DNA of 32,000 bases from Bacillus subtilis subsp. subtilis str. 168 (GTDB taxonomy: Bacteria > Bacillota > Bacilli > Bacillales > Bacillaceae): positions 1,770,001 to 1,802,000 of the forward strand of contig NC_000964.3 of the NCBI RefSeq assembly GCF_000009045.1, read 5' to 3'. The notes beneath the pieces are model-generated. The model saw only the letters and a list, made by a program, of their open reading frames with translations, did not search any database and was not told where the DNA came from. Below, piece by piece: positions 1 through 10,617 of this stretch. Each line of letters begins with the position of its first letter. Position 1 is the stretch's first letter. The position numbers and the translations under genes are program-made.

Positions 1-195
1 TTGAGAGAGCGAGGAGCCGCCGAGATTCAAGCGATCGGAGCGGGTGCATTAAACCAGGCTGTAAAAGCTGTGGCGATTGCCAGGGGATTTGTGGCGCCAA
101 GCGGCGTTGATTTGATTTGTATTCCGGCTTTTACAGATATTCAAATCGATGGGGAAGAAAGAACAGCGATTAAATTAATCGTGGAGCCTCGCTAA
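1..195 (+). CDS. spoVS: Stage V sporulation protein S, C-terminal 64 codons (5' end lies outside the window)
   Basis: The frame is open from the left edge to TAA 193-195. The translation ...AEIQAIGAGALNQAVKAVAIARGFVAPSGVDLICIPAFTDIQIDGEERTAIKLIVEPR matches my recollection of the C-terminal three quarters of the 86-aa SpoVS. The TTG at position 1 is internal, not a start. A strong terminator follows. Confidence 0.85.
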   Translation: MRERGAAEIQAIGAGALNQAVKAVAIARGFVAPSGVDLICIPAFTDIQIDGEERTAIKLIVEPR

Positions 196-213
196 AAACA
201 AATAAAGCATTCT

Positions 214-248
214 CAACCTGTTTGCGTAATGCAAACAGGTTGTTTTTC
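214..248 (+). terminator. Rho-independent terminator of spoVS
   Basis: CAACCTGTTTGC (214-225) and GCAAACAGGTTG (231-242) form a perfect 12-bp stem with a 5-nt loop, followed by TTTTT. Confidence 0.85.
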
Positions 249-395
249 ATTTATTGTGATATTTTCTCCCGATAGTATTTTTAGCACATAAATGAGCGAA
301 TATACAAAATCAGAAATGAGCTAAAACGTTTCAAAAAAAATTTCCGCCCATTTTTCAAGACAGATACTTTTGTCCTTCTGGAAAAGACAGTTCTG

Positions 396-424
396 TTTAC
401 GCTTATTCCATATCATGGTACAAT
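396..424 (+). promoter_or_regulatory. Candidate sigma-A promoter of tdh-kbl
   Basis: TTTACG (396-401), a 17-nt spacer, then TACAAT (419-424) with a TG extension at 416-417. It lies about 37 nt upstream of the tdh ATG. Sequence-only prediction. Confidence 0.45.
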
Positions 425-460
425 CCGAATATAACAAGAATTTTTCAAGGAGGATTGTAC

Positions 461-1504
461 ATGCAGAGTGGAAAGATGAAAGCTCTAATGAAAAAGGACG
501 GGGCGTTCGGTGCTGTGCTGACTGAAGTTCCCATTCCTGAGATTGATAAACATGAAGTCCTCATAAAAGTGAAAGCCGCTTCCATATGCGGCACGGATGT
601 CCACATTTATAATTGGGATCAATGGGCACGTCAGAGAATCAAAACACCCTATGTTTTCGGCCATGAGTTCAGCGGCATCGTAGAGGGCGTGGGAGAGAAT
701 GTCAGCAGTGTAAAAGTGGGAGAGTATGTGTCTGCGGAAACACACATTGTCTGTGGTGAATGTGTCCCTTGCCTAACAGGAAAATCTCATGTGTGTACCA
801 ATACTGCTATAATCGGAGTGGACACGGCAGGCTGTTTTGCGGAGTATGTAAAAGTTCCAGCTGATAACATTTGGAGAAATCCCGCTGATATGGACCCGTC
901 GATTGCTTCCATTCAAGAGCCTTTAGGAAATGCAGTTCATACCGTACTCGAGAGCCAGCCTGCAGGAGGAACGACTGCAGTCATTGGATGCGGACCGATT
1001 GGTCTTATGGCTGTTGCGGTTGCAAAAGCAGCAGGAGCTTCTCAGGTGATAGCGATTGATAAGAATGAATACAGGCTGAGGCTTGCAAAACAAATGGGAG
1101 CGACTTGTACTGTTTCTATTGAAAAAGAAGACCCGCTCAAAATTGTAAGCGCTTTAACGAGTGGAGAAGGAGCAGATCTTGTTTGTGAGATGTCGGGCCA
1201 TCCCTCAGCGATTGCCCAAGGTCTTGCGATGGCTGCGAATGGCGGAAGATTTCATATTCTCAGCTTGCCGGAACATCCGGTGACAATTGATTTGACGAAT
1301 AAAGTGGTATTTAAAGGGCTTACCATCCAAGGAATCACAGGAAGAAAAATGTTTTCAACATGGCGCCAGGTGTCTCAGTTGATCAGTTCAAACATGATCG
1401 ATCTTGCACCTGTTATTACCCATCAGTTTCCATTAGAGGAGTTTGAAAAAGGTTTCGAACTGATGAGAAGCGGGCAGTGCGGAAAAGTAATTTTAATTCC
1501 ATAA
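461..1504 (+). CDS. tdh: L-threonine 3-dehydrogenase (zinc-dependent MDR family), 347 aa
   Basis: AAGGAGG (447-453) lies 7 nt before ATG 461. The track start at 455 is a TTG placed too close to the SD. Family motifs: GHEFSG, the structural-zinc Cys cluster CGECVPCLTGKSHVC, and the Rossmann motif GCGPIGL. The gene sits directly upstream of kbl. Confidence 0.95.
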   Translation: MQSGKMKALMKKDGAFGAVLTEVPIPEIDKHEVLIKVKAASICGTDVHIYNWDQWARQRIKTPYVFGHEFSGIVEGVGENVSSVKVGEYVSAETHIVCGECVPCLTGKSHVCTNTAIIGVDTAGCFAEYVKVPADNIWRNPADMDPSIASIQEPLGNAVHTVLESQPAGGTTAVIGCGPIGLMAVAVAKAAGASQVIAIDKNEYRLRLAKQMGATCTVSIEKEDPLKIVSALTSGEGADLVCEMSGHPSAIAQGLAMAANGGRFHILSLPEHPVTIDLTNKVVFKGLTIQGITGRKMFSTWRQVSQLISSNMIDLAPVITHQFPLEEFEKGFELMRSGQCGKVILIP

Positions 1505-1516
1505 AGGGGGATAAAC

Positions 1517-2695
1517 ATGACGAAGGAATTTGAGTTTTTAAAAGCAGAGCTTAATAGTATGAAAGAAAACCATACATGGCAAGACATAAAACAGCTTGAA
1601 TCTATGCAGGGCCCATCTGTCACAGTGAATCACCAAAAAGTCATTCAGCTATCTTCTAATAATTACCTCGGATTCACTTCACATCCTAGACTCATCAACG
1701 CCGCACAGGAGGCCGTTCAGCAGTATGGAGCCGGCACCGGATCAGTGAGAACGATTGCGGGTACATTTACAATGCATCAAGAGCTTGAGAAAAAGCTGGC
1801 AGCCTTTAAAAAAACGGAGGCGGCACTTGTATTCCAATCAGGCTTCACAACAAACCAAGGCGTACTTTCAAGTATTCTATCAAAAGAGGACATTGTCATC
1901 TCAGATGAATTGAACCATGCCTCTATTATTGACGGAATTCGACTGACAAAGGCGGATAAAAAGGTGTATCAGCACGTCAATATGAGTGATTTAGAGCGGG
2001 TGCTGAGAAAGTCAATGAATTATCGGATGCGTCTGATTGTGACAGACGGCGTATTTTCCATGGATGGCAACATAGCTCCTCTGCCTGATATTGTAGAGCT
2101 CGCTGAGAAATATGACGCATTTGTGATGGTGGATGACGCCCATGCATCCGGAGTACTTGGCGAAAACGGCAGGGGAACGGTGAATCACTTCGGTCTTGAC
2201 GGCAGAGTGCATATTCAGGTCGGAACATTAAGCAAGGCAATCGGAGTGCTCGGCGGCTACGCTGCAGGTTCAAAGGTGCTGATCGATTATTTGCGCCATA
2301 AAGGCCGTCCATTTTTATTCAGCACATCTCATCCGCCGGCAGTCACTGCAGCTTGTATGGAAGCGATTGATGTCTTGCTTGAAGAGCCGGAGCATATGGA
2401 GCGCTTGTGGGAGAATACTGCCTATTTTAAAGCAATGCTTGTGAAAATGGGTCTGACTCTCACGAAGAGTGAAACGCCGATTCTTCCTATTTTAATAGGT
2501 GATGAAGGTGTGGCAAAGCAATTTTCAGATCAGCTCCTTTCTCGCGGTGTTTTTGCCCAAAGTATCGTTTTCCCGACTGTAGCAAAGGGAAAAGCCAGAA
2601 TTCGCACGATTATAACAGCAGAGCACACCAAAGATGAACTGGATCAGGCGCTTGATGTCATCGAAAAGACGGCAAAGGAGCTCCAGCTATTGTAA
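1517..2695 (+). CDS. kbl: 2-amino-3-ketobutyrate CoA ligase (glycine C-acetyltransferase), 392 aa
   Basis: There is a 12-nt gap after tdh, and AAAGGGGG precedes ATG 1517. The alpha-oxoamine synthase/PLP fold shows DDAHASG and the PLP-lysine motif GTLSKA. Confidence 0.95.
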   Translation: MTKEFEFLKAELNSMKENHTWQDIKQLESMQGPSVTVNHQKVIQLSSNNYLGFTSHPRLINAAQEAVQQYGAGTGSVRTIAGTFTMHQELEKKLAAFKKTEAALVFQSGFTTNQGVLSSILSKEDIVISDELNHASIIDGIRLTKADKKVYQHVNMSDLERVLRKSMNYRMRLIVTDGVFSMDGNIAPLPDIVELAEKYDAFVMVDDAHASGVLGENGRGTVNHFGLDGRVHIQVGTLSKAIGVLGGYAAGSKVLIDYLRHKGRPFLFSTSHPPAVTAACMEAIDVLLEEPEHMERLWENTAYFKAMLVKMGLTLTKSETPILPILIGDEGVAKQFSDQLLSRGVFAQSIVFPTVAKGKARIRTIITAEHTKDELDQALDVIEKTAKELQLL

Positions 2696-2696
2696 C

Positions 2697-2726
2697 AAGA
2701 GGAAGAGTTTACTCTTCCTCTTTTGA
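2697..2726 (+). terminator. Rho-independent terminator of tdh-kbl
   Basis: AGAGGAAGAGT / ACTCTTCCTCT form a stem around a 2-nt loop immediately after the kbl stop, followed by TTTTG. Confidence 0.8.
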
Positions 2727-2733
2727 TTCCTTA

Positions 2734-2762
2734 TTGATTATTATTCTCAATGAGTGTACAAT
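2734..2762 (+). promoter_or_regulatory. Candidate sigma-A promoter of miaB-ricA
   Basis: TTGATT (2734-2739), a 17-nt spacer, then TACAAT (2757-2762). Sequence-only prediction. Confidence 0.45.
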
Positions 2763-2842
2763 GATAGGTTGCCAGTTGTGCAGAGCTTCAATAACCTTTA
2801 TACTGAAGGGTGGAAGTTTGGTTTGAAAGGAGAAAATATGAC

Positions 2843-4372
2843 ATGAATGAAAAACAAAAATTAGAGAGCGGACAAGTTCATCCATCGGACAAAAAATCCG
2901 AGAAGGATTACAGCAAGTACTTTGAAGCTGTTTACATTCCGCCTTCTTTAAAAGACGCGAAAAAACGAGGCAAGGAAGCCGTTACTTATCATAATGACTT
3001 TAAAATTTCTGAACAATTTAAAGGATTGGGAGACGGAAGAAAGTTCTATATCCGTACGTACGGCTGCCAAATGAATGAACACGATACAGAGGTTATGGCA
3101 GGGATCTTTATGGCGCTCGGTTACGAAGCGACAAACTCTGTTGACGATGCCAATGTCATTTTGTTAAATACATGTGCAATCCGTGAAAATGCTGAAAACA
3201 AGGTGTTTGGTGAGCTCGGGCACTTAAAAGCACTGAAAAAAAACAATCCCGATCTGATTTTAGGCGTGTGCGGCTGTATGTCCCAAGAGGAATCAGTCGT
3301 GAACCGTATTTTGAAAAAACATCCGTTTGTCGATATGATTTTCGGAACGCATAACATTCATCGCCTGCCGGAGCTTTTGTCAGAAGCATACCTTTCAAAA
3401 GAAATGGTTGTAGAAGTTTGGTCTAAGGAAGGGGACGTTATTGAAAACCTTCCAAAAGTCCGAAATGGAAAAATTAAGGGCTGGGTCAATATCATGTACG
3501 GCTGTGACAAATTCTGTACGTATTGCATTGTGCCTTACACACGCGGAAAAGAAAGAAGCCGCCGCCCTGAGGATATCATTCAGGAAGTGAGAAGGCTCGC
3601 AAGTGAAGGCTATAAGGAAATTACTCTGTTAGGCCAAAACGTAAACGCGTATGGAAAAGACTTTGAAGATATGACGTACGGACTTGGTGATTTGATGGAT
3701 GAACTGAGAAAAATCGATATCCCGAGAATCCGTTTTACAACGAGTCATCCGCGCGACTTTGACGACCGCCTCATTGAAGTGCTGGCAAAAGGCGGAAATC
3801 TGCTTGATCACATTCATCTTCCGGTTCAATCAGGAAGCTCAGAAGTTCTCAAGCTGATGGCCCGCAAATATGACAGAGAGCGTTACATGGAGCTGGTGCG
3901 AAAAATTAAAGAAGCAATGCCAAACGCTTCTTTGACAACGGACATTATCGTCGGATTTCCAAATGAAACGGACGAACAGTTTGAAGAAACGCTTTCTCTA
4001 TACCGTGAAGTGGAGTTTGACAGCGCCTATACGTTCATTTACTCTCCGCGTGAAGGCACTCCGGCTGCTAAGATGAAAGATAATGTACCGATGCGTGTGA
4101 AAAAAGAACGCCTGCAGCGTCTAAACGCACTGGTGAATGAAATTTCTGCTAAAAAAATGAAGGAATACGAAGGCAAGGTTGTCGAAGTATTAGTTGAGGG
4201 TGAAAGCAAAAATAACCCTGATATTCTTGCTGGCTATACTGAAAAAAGCAAGCTTGTCAATTTCAAAGGGCCGAAGGAAGCCATCGGCAAAATCGTCCGC
4301 GTGAAAATCCAGCAAGCGAAAACATGGTCGCTTGACGGAGAAATGGTAGGAGAAGCAATCGAGGTGAAATGA
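2843..4372 (+). CDS. miaB: tRNA-2-methylthio-N6-dimethylallyladenosine synthase (radical-SAM methylthiotransferase MiaB/YmcB), 509 aa
   Basis: AAAGGAG (2826-2832) precedes ATG 2843. The track start at 2810 has no SD. Motifs: N-terminal MTTase cysteines ([23 protein letters not shown]), the radical-SAM CxxxCxxC motif CDKFCTYC, and a C-terminal TRAM-like segment. Confidence 0.93.
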   Translation: MNEKQKLESGQVHPSDKKSEKDYSKYFEAVYIPPSLKDAKKRGKEAVTYHNDFKISEQFKGLGDGRKFYIRTYGCQMNEHDTEVMAGIFMALGYEATNSVDDANVILLNTCAIRENAENKVFGELGHLKALKKNNPDLILGVCGCMSQEESVVNRILKKHPFVDMIFGTHNIHRLPELLSEAYLSKEMVVEVWSKEGDVIENLPKVRNGKIKGWVNIMYGCDKFCTYCIVPYTRGKERSRRPEDIIQEVRRLASEGYKEITLLGQNVNAYGKDFEDMTYGLGDLMDELRKIDIPRIRFTTSHPRDFDDRLIEVLAKGGNLLDHIHLPVQSGSSEVLKLMARKYDRERYMELVRKIKEAMPNASLTTDIIVGFPNETDEQFEETLSLYREVEFDSAYTFIYSPREGTPAAKMKDNVPMRVKKERLQRLNALVNEISAKKMKEYEGKVVEVLVEGESKNNPDILAGYTEKSKLVNFKGPKEAIGKIVRVKIQQAKTWSLDGEMVGEAIEVK

Positions 4373-4373
4373 G

Positions 4374-4805
4374 ATGACGCTCTACTCAAAAAAAGACATT
4401 GTGCAGCAGGCTCGAAACCTTGCAAAAATGATTTCTGAAACAGAAGAGGTTGATTTTTTCAAACGGGCTGAAGCGCAAATCAATGAGAATGACAAAGTGT
4501 CCACAATCGTTAATCAGATTAAAGCCCTGCAAAAGCAGGCTGTCAATCTGAAGCATTATGAAAAGCATGAAGCGCTCAAACAAGTAGAAGCAAAAATTGA
4601 CGCGCTGCAAGAAGAGCTTGAAGAGATTCCTGTTATCCAGGAATTCAGAGACTCGCAAATGGAAGTAAATGACCTACTGCAGCTCGTTGCACACACCATT
4701 TCCAACCAAGTCACAAATGAAATCATCACATCAACCGGAGGCGACCTGCTGAAAGGGGAAACCGGTTCAAAGGTGAAGCATTCAAATAACAGCTGTTCTC
4801 TCTAA
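4374..4805 (+). CDS. ricA: YmcA/RicA family protein (subunit of the YmcA-YlbF-YaaT 'Ric' complex), 143 aa
   Basis: ATG 4374 lies 1 nt after the miaB stop, and GAGGTG (4359-4364) serves as the SD. The sequence is a helical, Lys/Glu-rich protein that I recognise as B. subtilis YmcA. Confidence 0.85.
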   Translation: MTLYSKKDIVQQARNLAKMISETEEVDFFKRAEAQINENDKVSTIVNQIKALQKQAVNLKHYEKHEALKQVEAKIDALQEELEEIPVIQEFRDSQMEVNDLLQLVAHTISNQVTNEIITSTGGDLLKGETGSKVKHSNNSCSL

Positions 4806-4837
4806 ACACGGTGCCTTTACAGGCCCGTGTTTTTTTA
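4806..4837 (+). terminator. Rho-independent terminator of miaB-ricA
   Basis: ACACGGTGCCT (4806-4816) pairs with AGGCCCGTGT (4821-4830) with one bulge and a 4-nt loop, followed by T7. Confidence 0.8.
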
Positions 4838-4957
4838 TCATTTGTGCGGTTAAAAATGAACTAAATAATCTATGTACCAAATGTTCAATTGGTTTTTCTG
4901 TGCTCAGCCGCGTATAAACTTTATCGCACTTATAAGTAAAGTTTCTAGGCACCCCTG

Positions 4958-4965
4958 CATACAAT
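4958..4965 (+). promoter_or_regulatory. Sigma-E-like -10 element (CATACAAT) upstream of cotE, a candidate for promoter P1
   Basis: CATACAAT matches the sporulation sigma-E -10 consensus cATAcanT. I could not place a convincing -35 element. cotE is known to have two sporulation promoters. Confidence 0.3.
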
Positions 4966-5027
4966 GGAACAGAAACTTTGTATTTTTATATTTTATTTAT
5001 AAAAATGCACACTAGACAAATGCCCAG

Positions 5028-5036
5028 CATAAGATA
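5028..5036 (+). promoter_or_regulatory. CATA-N3-TA element (mother-cell sigma -10-like) upstream of cotE, a candidate for promoter P2
   Basis: CATAAGATA lies 31 nt upstream of the cotE ATG and fits the CATAnnnTA pattern of sigma-K/sigma-E type -10 boxes. Weak, sequence-only call. Confidence 0.25.
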
Positions 5037-5066
5037 ACACGAAGAAGAACAAGGAGGCATGCCGGA

Positions 5067-5612
5067 ATGTCTGAATACAGGGAAATTATTACGAAGGCAG
5101 TAGTAGCGAAAGGCCGAAAATTCACCCAATGCACCAACACCATCTCGCCTGAGAAAAAACCGAGCAGCATTTTGGGTGGTTGGATTATTAACCACAAGTA
5201 TGACGCTGAAAAAATTGGAAAAACGGTAGAAATTGAAGGGTATTATGATATAAACGTATGGTACTCTTACGCGGACAACACAAAGACAGAGGTTGTCACA
5301 GAACGGGTAAAATATGTAGATGTCATTAAACTCAGATACAGAGACAATAATTACTTAGATGATGAGCATGAAGTGATTGCCAAAGTGCTTCAGCAGCCAA
5401 ACTGCCTTGAAGTGACCATTTCGCCGAATGGAAATAAAATCGTTGTGCAGGCAGAAAGAGAATTTTTGGCGGAAGTGGTAGGGGAAACAAAGGTAGTTGT
5501 TGAGGTCAATCCTGACTGGGAAGAGGATGACGAGGAAGATTGGGAAGATGAGCTTGATGAAGAGCTTGAAGACATCAACCCGGAGTTTTTAGTGGGAGAT
5601 CCTGAAGAATAA
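5067..5612 (+). CDS. cotE: Spore coat morphogenetic protein CotE, 181 aa
   Basis: AAGGAGG (5051-5057) precedes ATG 5067. The sequence, with its strongly acidic C-terminal tail [20 protein letters not shown], is recognised as CotE. Confidence 0.93.
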
Positions 5613-5615
5613 AAA

Positions 5616-5654
5616 AGGGACTAGGGGAGACAGTACCCCCAAGTCTCTTTTTTA
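5616..5654 (+). terminator. Rho-independent terminator of cotE
   Basis: GGGACTAGGGG (5617-5627) pairs with CCCCAAGTCTC (5637-5647), with one mismatch and one G-U pair, followed by a T-run. Confidence 0.7.
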
Positions 5655-5689
5655 TATTGATATATCATTCTTTTATCACTTTTTGTTTA

Positions 5690-5698
5690 TGTTATAAT
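5690..5698 (+). promoter_or_regulatory. Extended -10 element TGTTATAAT upstream of mutS
   Basis: A perfect TATAAT with a TGn extension lies 47 nt before the mutS ATG. There is no good -35 hexamer at 17 nt. Confidence 0.35.
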
Positions 5699-5744
5699 GA
5701 AGGTTGGAAAATAGAAACGTTGATACATAGTGAGGGATTAAACA

Positions 5745-8321
5745 ATGGCCGGTTATACGCCTATGATACAGCAATATTTAAAAATAAAGGCAGAGCACCA
5801 GGATGCCTTTTTATTTTTTCGCCTGGGTGATTTTTATGAAATGTTTTTTGAGGACGCCAAAAAAGCGTCACAAGAGCTGGAAATTACGTTAACGAGCAGA
5901 GACGGCGGTGCGGCTGAAAAAATACCGATGTGCGGTGTGCCGTATCATTCTGCTTCCGCGTATATCGAACAGCTTATTAAAAAAGGATACAAAGTGGCGA
6001 TCTGTGAACAGACGGAAGATCCGAAAGCCGCAAAGGGCGTTGTGAAAAGAGAAGTAGTTCAGCTGATTACGCCCGGAACTGTAATGGACGGCAAAGGCAT
6101 CCATGAGTCGGAAAATAATTTTATCGCATCTGTTTCAGCCTGCTCGAACGGATACGGACTTGCTCTGTCTGATTTAACAACGGGAGAAAATTTGGCTGTT
6201 TTGATTGAACGGCTTGAAGACGTCATATCAGAAATTTATTCAGTCGGCGCACGGGAAATCGTGGTTTCAGGAAGCTTGGATGCCGATACAGTGGCACAGC
6301 TGAGAGAGCGGTGCGGTGCAACGATTTCAATTGAAGACGGAGAAACAGACGAACACGTAACGATCATTGAGCACTTAAATAATGAAGATATAACAAAAAC
6401 ATTTCTGCGCTTATATACGTATTTGAAAAGAACCCAAAAGCGCAGCCTTGATCATCTTCAGCCCGTGCAGGTGTATGAGCTTGAGGAAGCGATGAAAATT
6501 GACTTGTACTCAAAGCGTAATCTGGAGCTGACCGAAACGATTCGTTCGAAAAATAAAAAAGGCTCCCTTTTGTGGCTGCTGGATGAAACAAAAACGGCAA
6601 TGGGAGGCCGGCTACTTAAACAGTGGATTGACCGGCCGCTTATCAGAGTCAATCAAATCGAAGAGCGCCAAGAAATGGTGGAAACATTAATGTCCCATTT
6701 CTTTGAACGGGAAGATCTGCGTGAACGTTTAAAAGAAGTATATGACTTAGAACGCCTTGCCGGCCGCGTTGCATTCGGAAATGTCAATGCCCGGGATTTG
6801 ATTCAGCTGAAGGAATCGTTAAAGCAAGTGCCTGGCATCAAACAGCTGGTTGCTTCACTGGCTCATGACAAGGCCAAGGAACGTGCAAAGCGCATTGACC
6901 CTTGCGGGGATGTACTTGAACTGCTGGAAGAAGCGCTGTACGAAAACCCTCCTTTATCGGTAAAAGAAGGGAACCTGATTAAAGATGGTTATAATCAAAA
7001 GCTTGATGAATATCGTGATGCAAGCAGAAACGGAAAAGACTGGATTGCCCGCCTGGAACAGCAGGAGCGGGAATACACAGGCATTCGCTCTTTAAAGGTC
7101 GGCTTTAATAAAGTTTTCGGTTATTACATTGAAGTGACAAAAGCAAACTTGCATTTGCTTGAGGAAGGGCGTTATGAGCGGAAGCAGACGTTAACCAATG
7201 CAGAGCGCTACATTACACCTGAATTAAAAGAAAAAGAAGCGCTCATTTTAGAGGCGGAAAATAACATCTGTGAGCTGGAGTACGAGCTGTTTACCGAGCT
7301 GCGCGAGAAAGTGAAGCAGTATATTCCGCGGCTGCAGCAGCTTGCAAAACAGATGAGCGAGCTGGACGCACTGCAATGCTTTGCGACAATCAGTGAAAAT
7401 CGCCACTACACGAAACCAGAGTTCTCTAAAGATGAAGTCGAAGTGATTGAAGGCAGACACCCGGTTGTTGAAAAAGTCATGGACAGCCAGGAATATGTCC
7501 CGAACAACTGTATGATGGGCGATAACAGACAAATGCTTCTCATTACAGGTCCAAACATGTCAGGGAAAAGCACGTATATGAGACAAATCGCGCTCATTTC
7601 CATTATGGCGCAAATCGGCTGCTTTGTACCCGCGAAAAAAGCGGTGCTCCCGATTTTCGATCAAATTTTTACGCGAATCGGCGCTGCAGATGATTTGATT
7701 TCCGGACAAAGTACATTTATGGTAGAAATGCTTGAAGCGAAAAATGCGATTGTCAATGCGACGAAAAACAGCCTCATTCTGTTTGATGAAATCGGGCGGG
7801 GAACGTCCACTTATGACGGCATGGCGCTGGCACAGGCGATTATTGAATATGTTCACGATCATATCGGCGCCAAGACGCTGTTCAGCACACACTATCACGA
7901 GCTGACCGTTCTTGAGGACAAGCTGCCCCAGCTGAAAAACGTTCATGTTCGCGCTGAAGAATATAACGGAACGGTTGTCTTTCTTCATCAAATTAAAGAA
8001 GGTGCGGCTGATAAAAGCTATGGTATCCATGTAGCTCAGCTTGCCGAACTGCCGGGAGATCTGATTGCGCGCGCTCAAGATATTTTAAAAGAGCTTGAGC
8101 ATTCAGGAAACAAACCGGAAGTGCCGGTGCAGAAACCTCAGGTGAAAGAAGAGCCGGCACAGCTGTCCTTTTTTGACGAAGCGGAAAAGCCGGCTGAAAC
8201 ACCAAAGCTTTCAAAAAAAGAAAAGCAAGTGATCGATGCTTTCAAATCACTTAATATACTGGATATGACACCGCTTGAAGCGATGAATGAAATGTACAAG
8301 CTGCAAAAGAAATTACATTAA
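5745..8321 (+). CDS. mutS: DNA mismatch repair protein MutS, 858 aa
   Basis: Motifs: N-terminal mismatch-binding region (GDFYEMF), Walker [28 protein letters not shown], and a C-terminal QLSFF clamp-binding motif. Confidence 0.97.
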   Translation: MAGYTPMIQQYLKIKAEHQDAFLFFRLGDFYEMFFEDAKKASQELEITLTSRDGGAAEKIPMCGVPYHSASAYIEQLIKKGYKVAICEQTEDPKAAKGVVKREVVQLITPGTVMDGKGIHESENNFIASVSACSNGYGLALSDLTTGENLAVLIERLEDVISEIYSVGAREIVVSGSLDADTVAQLRERCGATISIEDGETDEHVTIIEHLNNEDITKTFLRLYTYLKRTQKRSLDHLQPVQVYELEEAMKIDLYSKRNLELTETIRSKNKKGSLLWLLDETKTAMGGRLLKQWIDRPLIRVNQIEERQEMVETLMSHFFEREDLRERLKEVYDLERLAGRVAFGNVNARDLIQLKESLKQVPGIKQLVASLAHDKAKERAKRIDPCGDVLELLEEALYENPPLSVKEGNLIKDGYNQKLDEYRDASRNGKDWIARLEQQEREYTGIRSLKVGFNKVFGYYIEVTKANLHLLEEGRYERKQTLTNAERYITPELKEKEALILEAENNICELEYELFTELREKVKQYIPRLQQLAKQMSELDALQCFATISENRHYTKPEFSKDEVEVIEGRHPVVEKVMDSQEYVPNNCMMGDNRQMLLITGPNMSGKSTYMRQIALISIMAQIGCFVPAKKAVLPIFDQIFTRIGAADDLISGQSTFMVEMLEAKNAIVNATKNSLILFDEIGRGTSTYDGMALAQAIIEYVHDHIGAKTLFSTHYHELTVLEDKLPQLKNVHVRAEEYNGTVVFLHQIKEGAADKSYGIHVAQLAELPGDLIARAQDILKELEHSGNKPEVPVQKPQVKEEPAQLSFFDEAEKPAETPKLSKKEKQVIDAFKSLNILDMTPLEAMNEMYKLQKKLH

Positions 8322-10220
<1,899 letters not shown>

Positions 10221-10232
10221 CGGGGGTGGTAG

Positions 10233-10270
10233 GCATTGATCCATTCTCTGAATGGATCAATGCTTTTTTT
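10233..10270 (+). terminator. Rho-independent terminator of mutS-mutL
   Basis: GCATTGATCCATT (10233-10245) and AATGGATCAATGC (10251-10263) form a perfect 13-bp stem, followed by T7. Confidence 0.9.
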
Positions 10271-10368
10271 GTACTCCTTCGAGTGTCAGATTATAAGAAA
10301 CGGTTGTAAACGTGTGAGCAGTGTTAACGCATTATACTTCATGGTTCCTCCGTATAACAAAATTTCCA

Positions 10369-10397
10369 TTTACAGGCAATTGGGATTAATGTATATT
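10369..10397 (+). promoter_or_regulatory. Candidate sigma-A promoter of a short orphan transcription unit
   Basis: TTTACA (10369-10374), exactly 17 nt of spacer, then TATATT (10392-10397). The predicted TSS near 10404 falls right at a strong SD. Confidence 0.4.
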
Positions 10398-10419
10398 TTG
10401 GGTGAGGGGGTGGAAACAT

Positions 10420-10503
10420 ATGGCATGTGGTCCGAAGATCATTATCTTTTTGGATGAACTTGATGATCCAAATGTGAGAATCATTTTAGAATGCAGAATT
10501 TAA
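10420..10503 (+). CDS. Hypothetical 27-aa micro-ORF (MACGPKIIIFLDELDDPNVRIILECRI), possibly a relic of an ATPase gene
   Basis: It is not in the ORF track because it is shorter than 60 aa. The SD-like GAGGGGGTGG (10404-10413) lies 6-9 nt before ATG 10420, the stop is TAA 10501-10503, and a strong terminator starts 20 nt downstream. IIIFLDELD resembles a Walker B (hhhhDE) segment. Confidence 0.3.
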   Translation: MACGPKIIIFLDELDDPNVRIILECRI

Positions 10504-10522
10504 ATTACAACATTGTGTTTTG

Positions 10523-10554
10523 CTCCCTGTTCGTGTGAACAGGGAGATTTTTTC
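10523..10554 (+). terminator. Rho-independent terminator (+ strand orientation)
   Basis: CTCCCTGTTC (10523-10532) and GAACAGGGAG (10537-10546) form a perfect 10-bp stem with a 4-nt loop, followed by ATTTTTT. On the minus strand no U-run follows the hairpin, so it serves + strand transcription. Confidence 0.8.
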
Positions 10555-10617
10555 GTTTATATAACTGGTGATGTCCAAATATAGGGTGTTATGAATTTTC
10601 CATATCTGCCATCGGCT

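Noticed and set aside
455-460. Upstream track start codons: TTG 455 for tdh, 2810 for miaB, and GTG 8328 for mutL
   Set aside because: The SD elements are positioned for ATG 461, ATG 2843 and GTG 8337 respectively. The upstream codons overlap or abut the SD or lack one. The mutL choice is also supported by the published motif numbering.
461-2695. The idea that tdh-kbl (threonine to glycine) is functionally linked to the Gly-activating A domain of pksJ
   Set aside because: The genes are about 20 kb apart and separated by unrelated housekeeping operons with their own terminators. tdh-kbl is a conserved catabolic pair in genomes without pks clusters. The adjacency is best treated as coincidence.
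7560-8078. Track ORF of 172 aa on the minus strand (plus other antisense ORFs at 5889-6104, 6364-6652 and 7248-7603)
   Set aside because: They are entirely antisense to the well-supported mutS frame. They have no SD and their composition is a mirror of the sense codons.
10236-10457. Track ORF of 73 aa on the + strand after mutL
   Set aside because: It starts inside the mutL terminator hairpin, has no SD, and runs across the predicted promoter and SD of the micro-ORF in a different frame. The composition looks non-coding.
10523-10546. The hairpin considered as a terminator for the convergent ymzD gene
   Set aside because: On the minus strand the stem is followed by CAAAACACAA rather than a U-run, so it is oriented for + strand transcripts. 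I did not find a convincing ymzD terminator.
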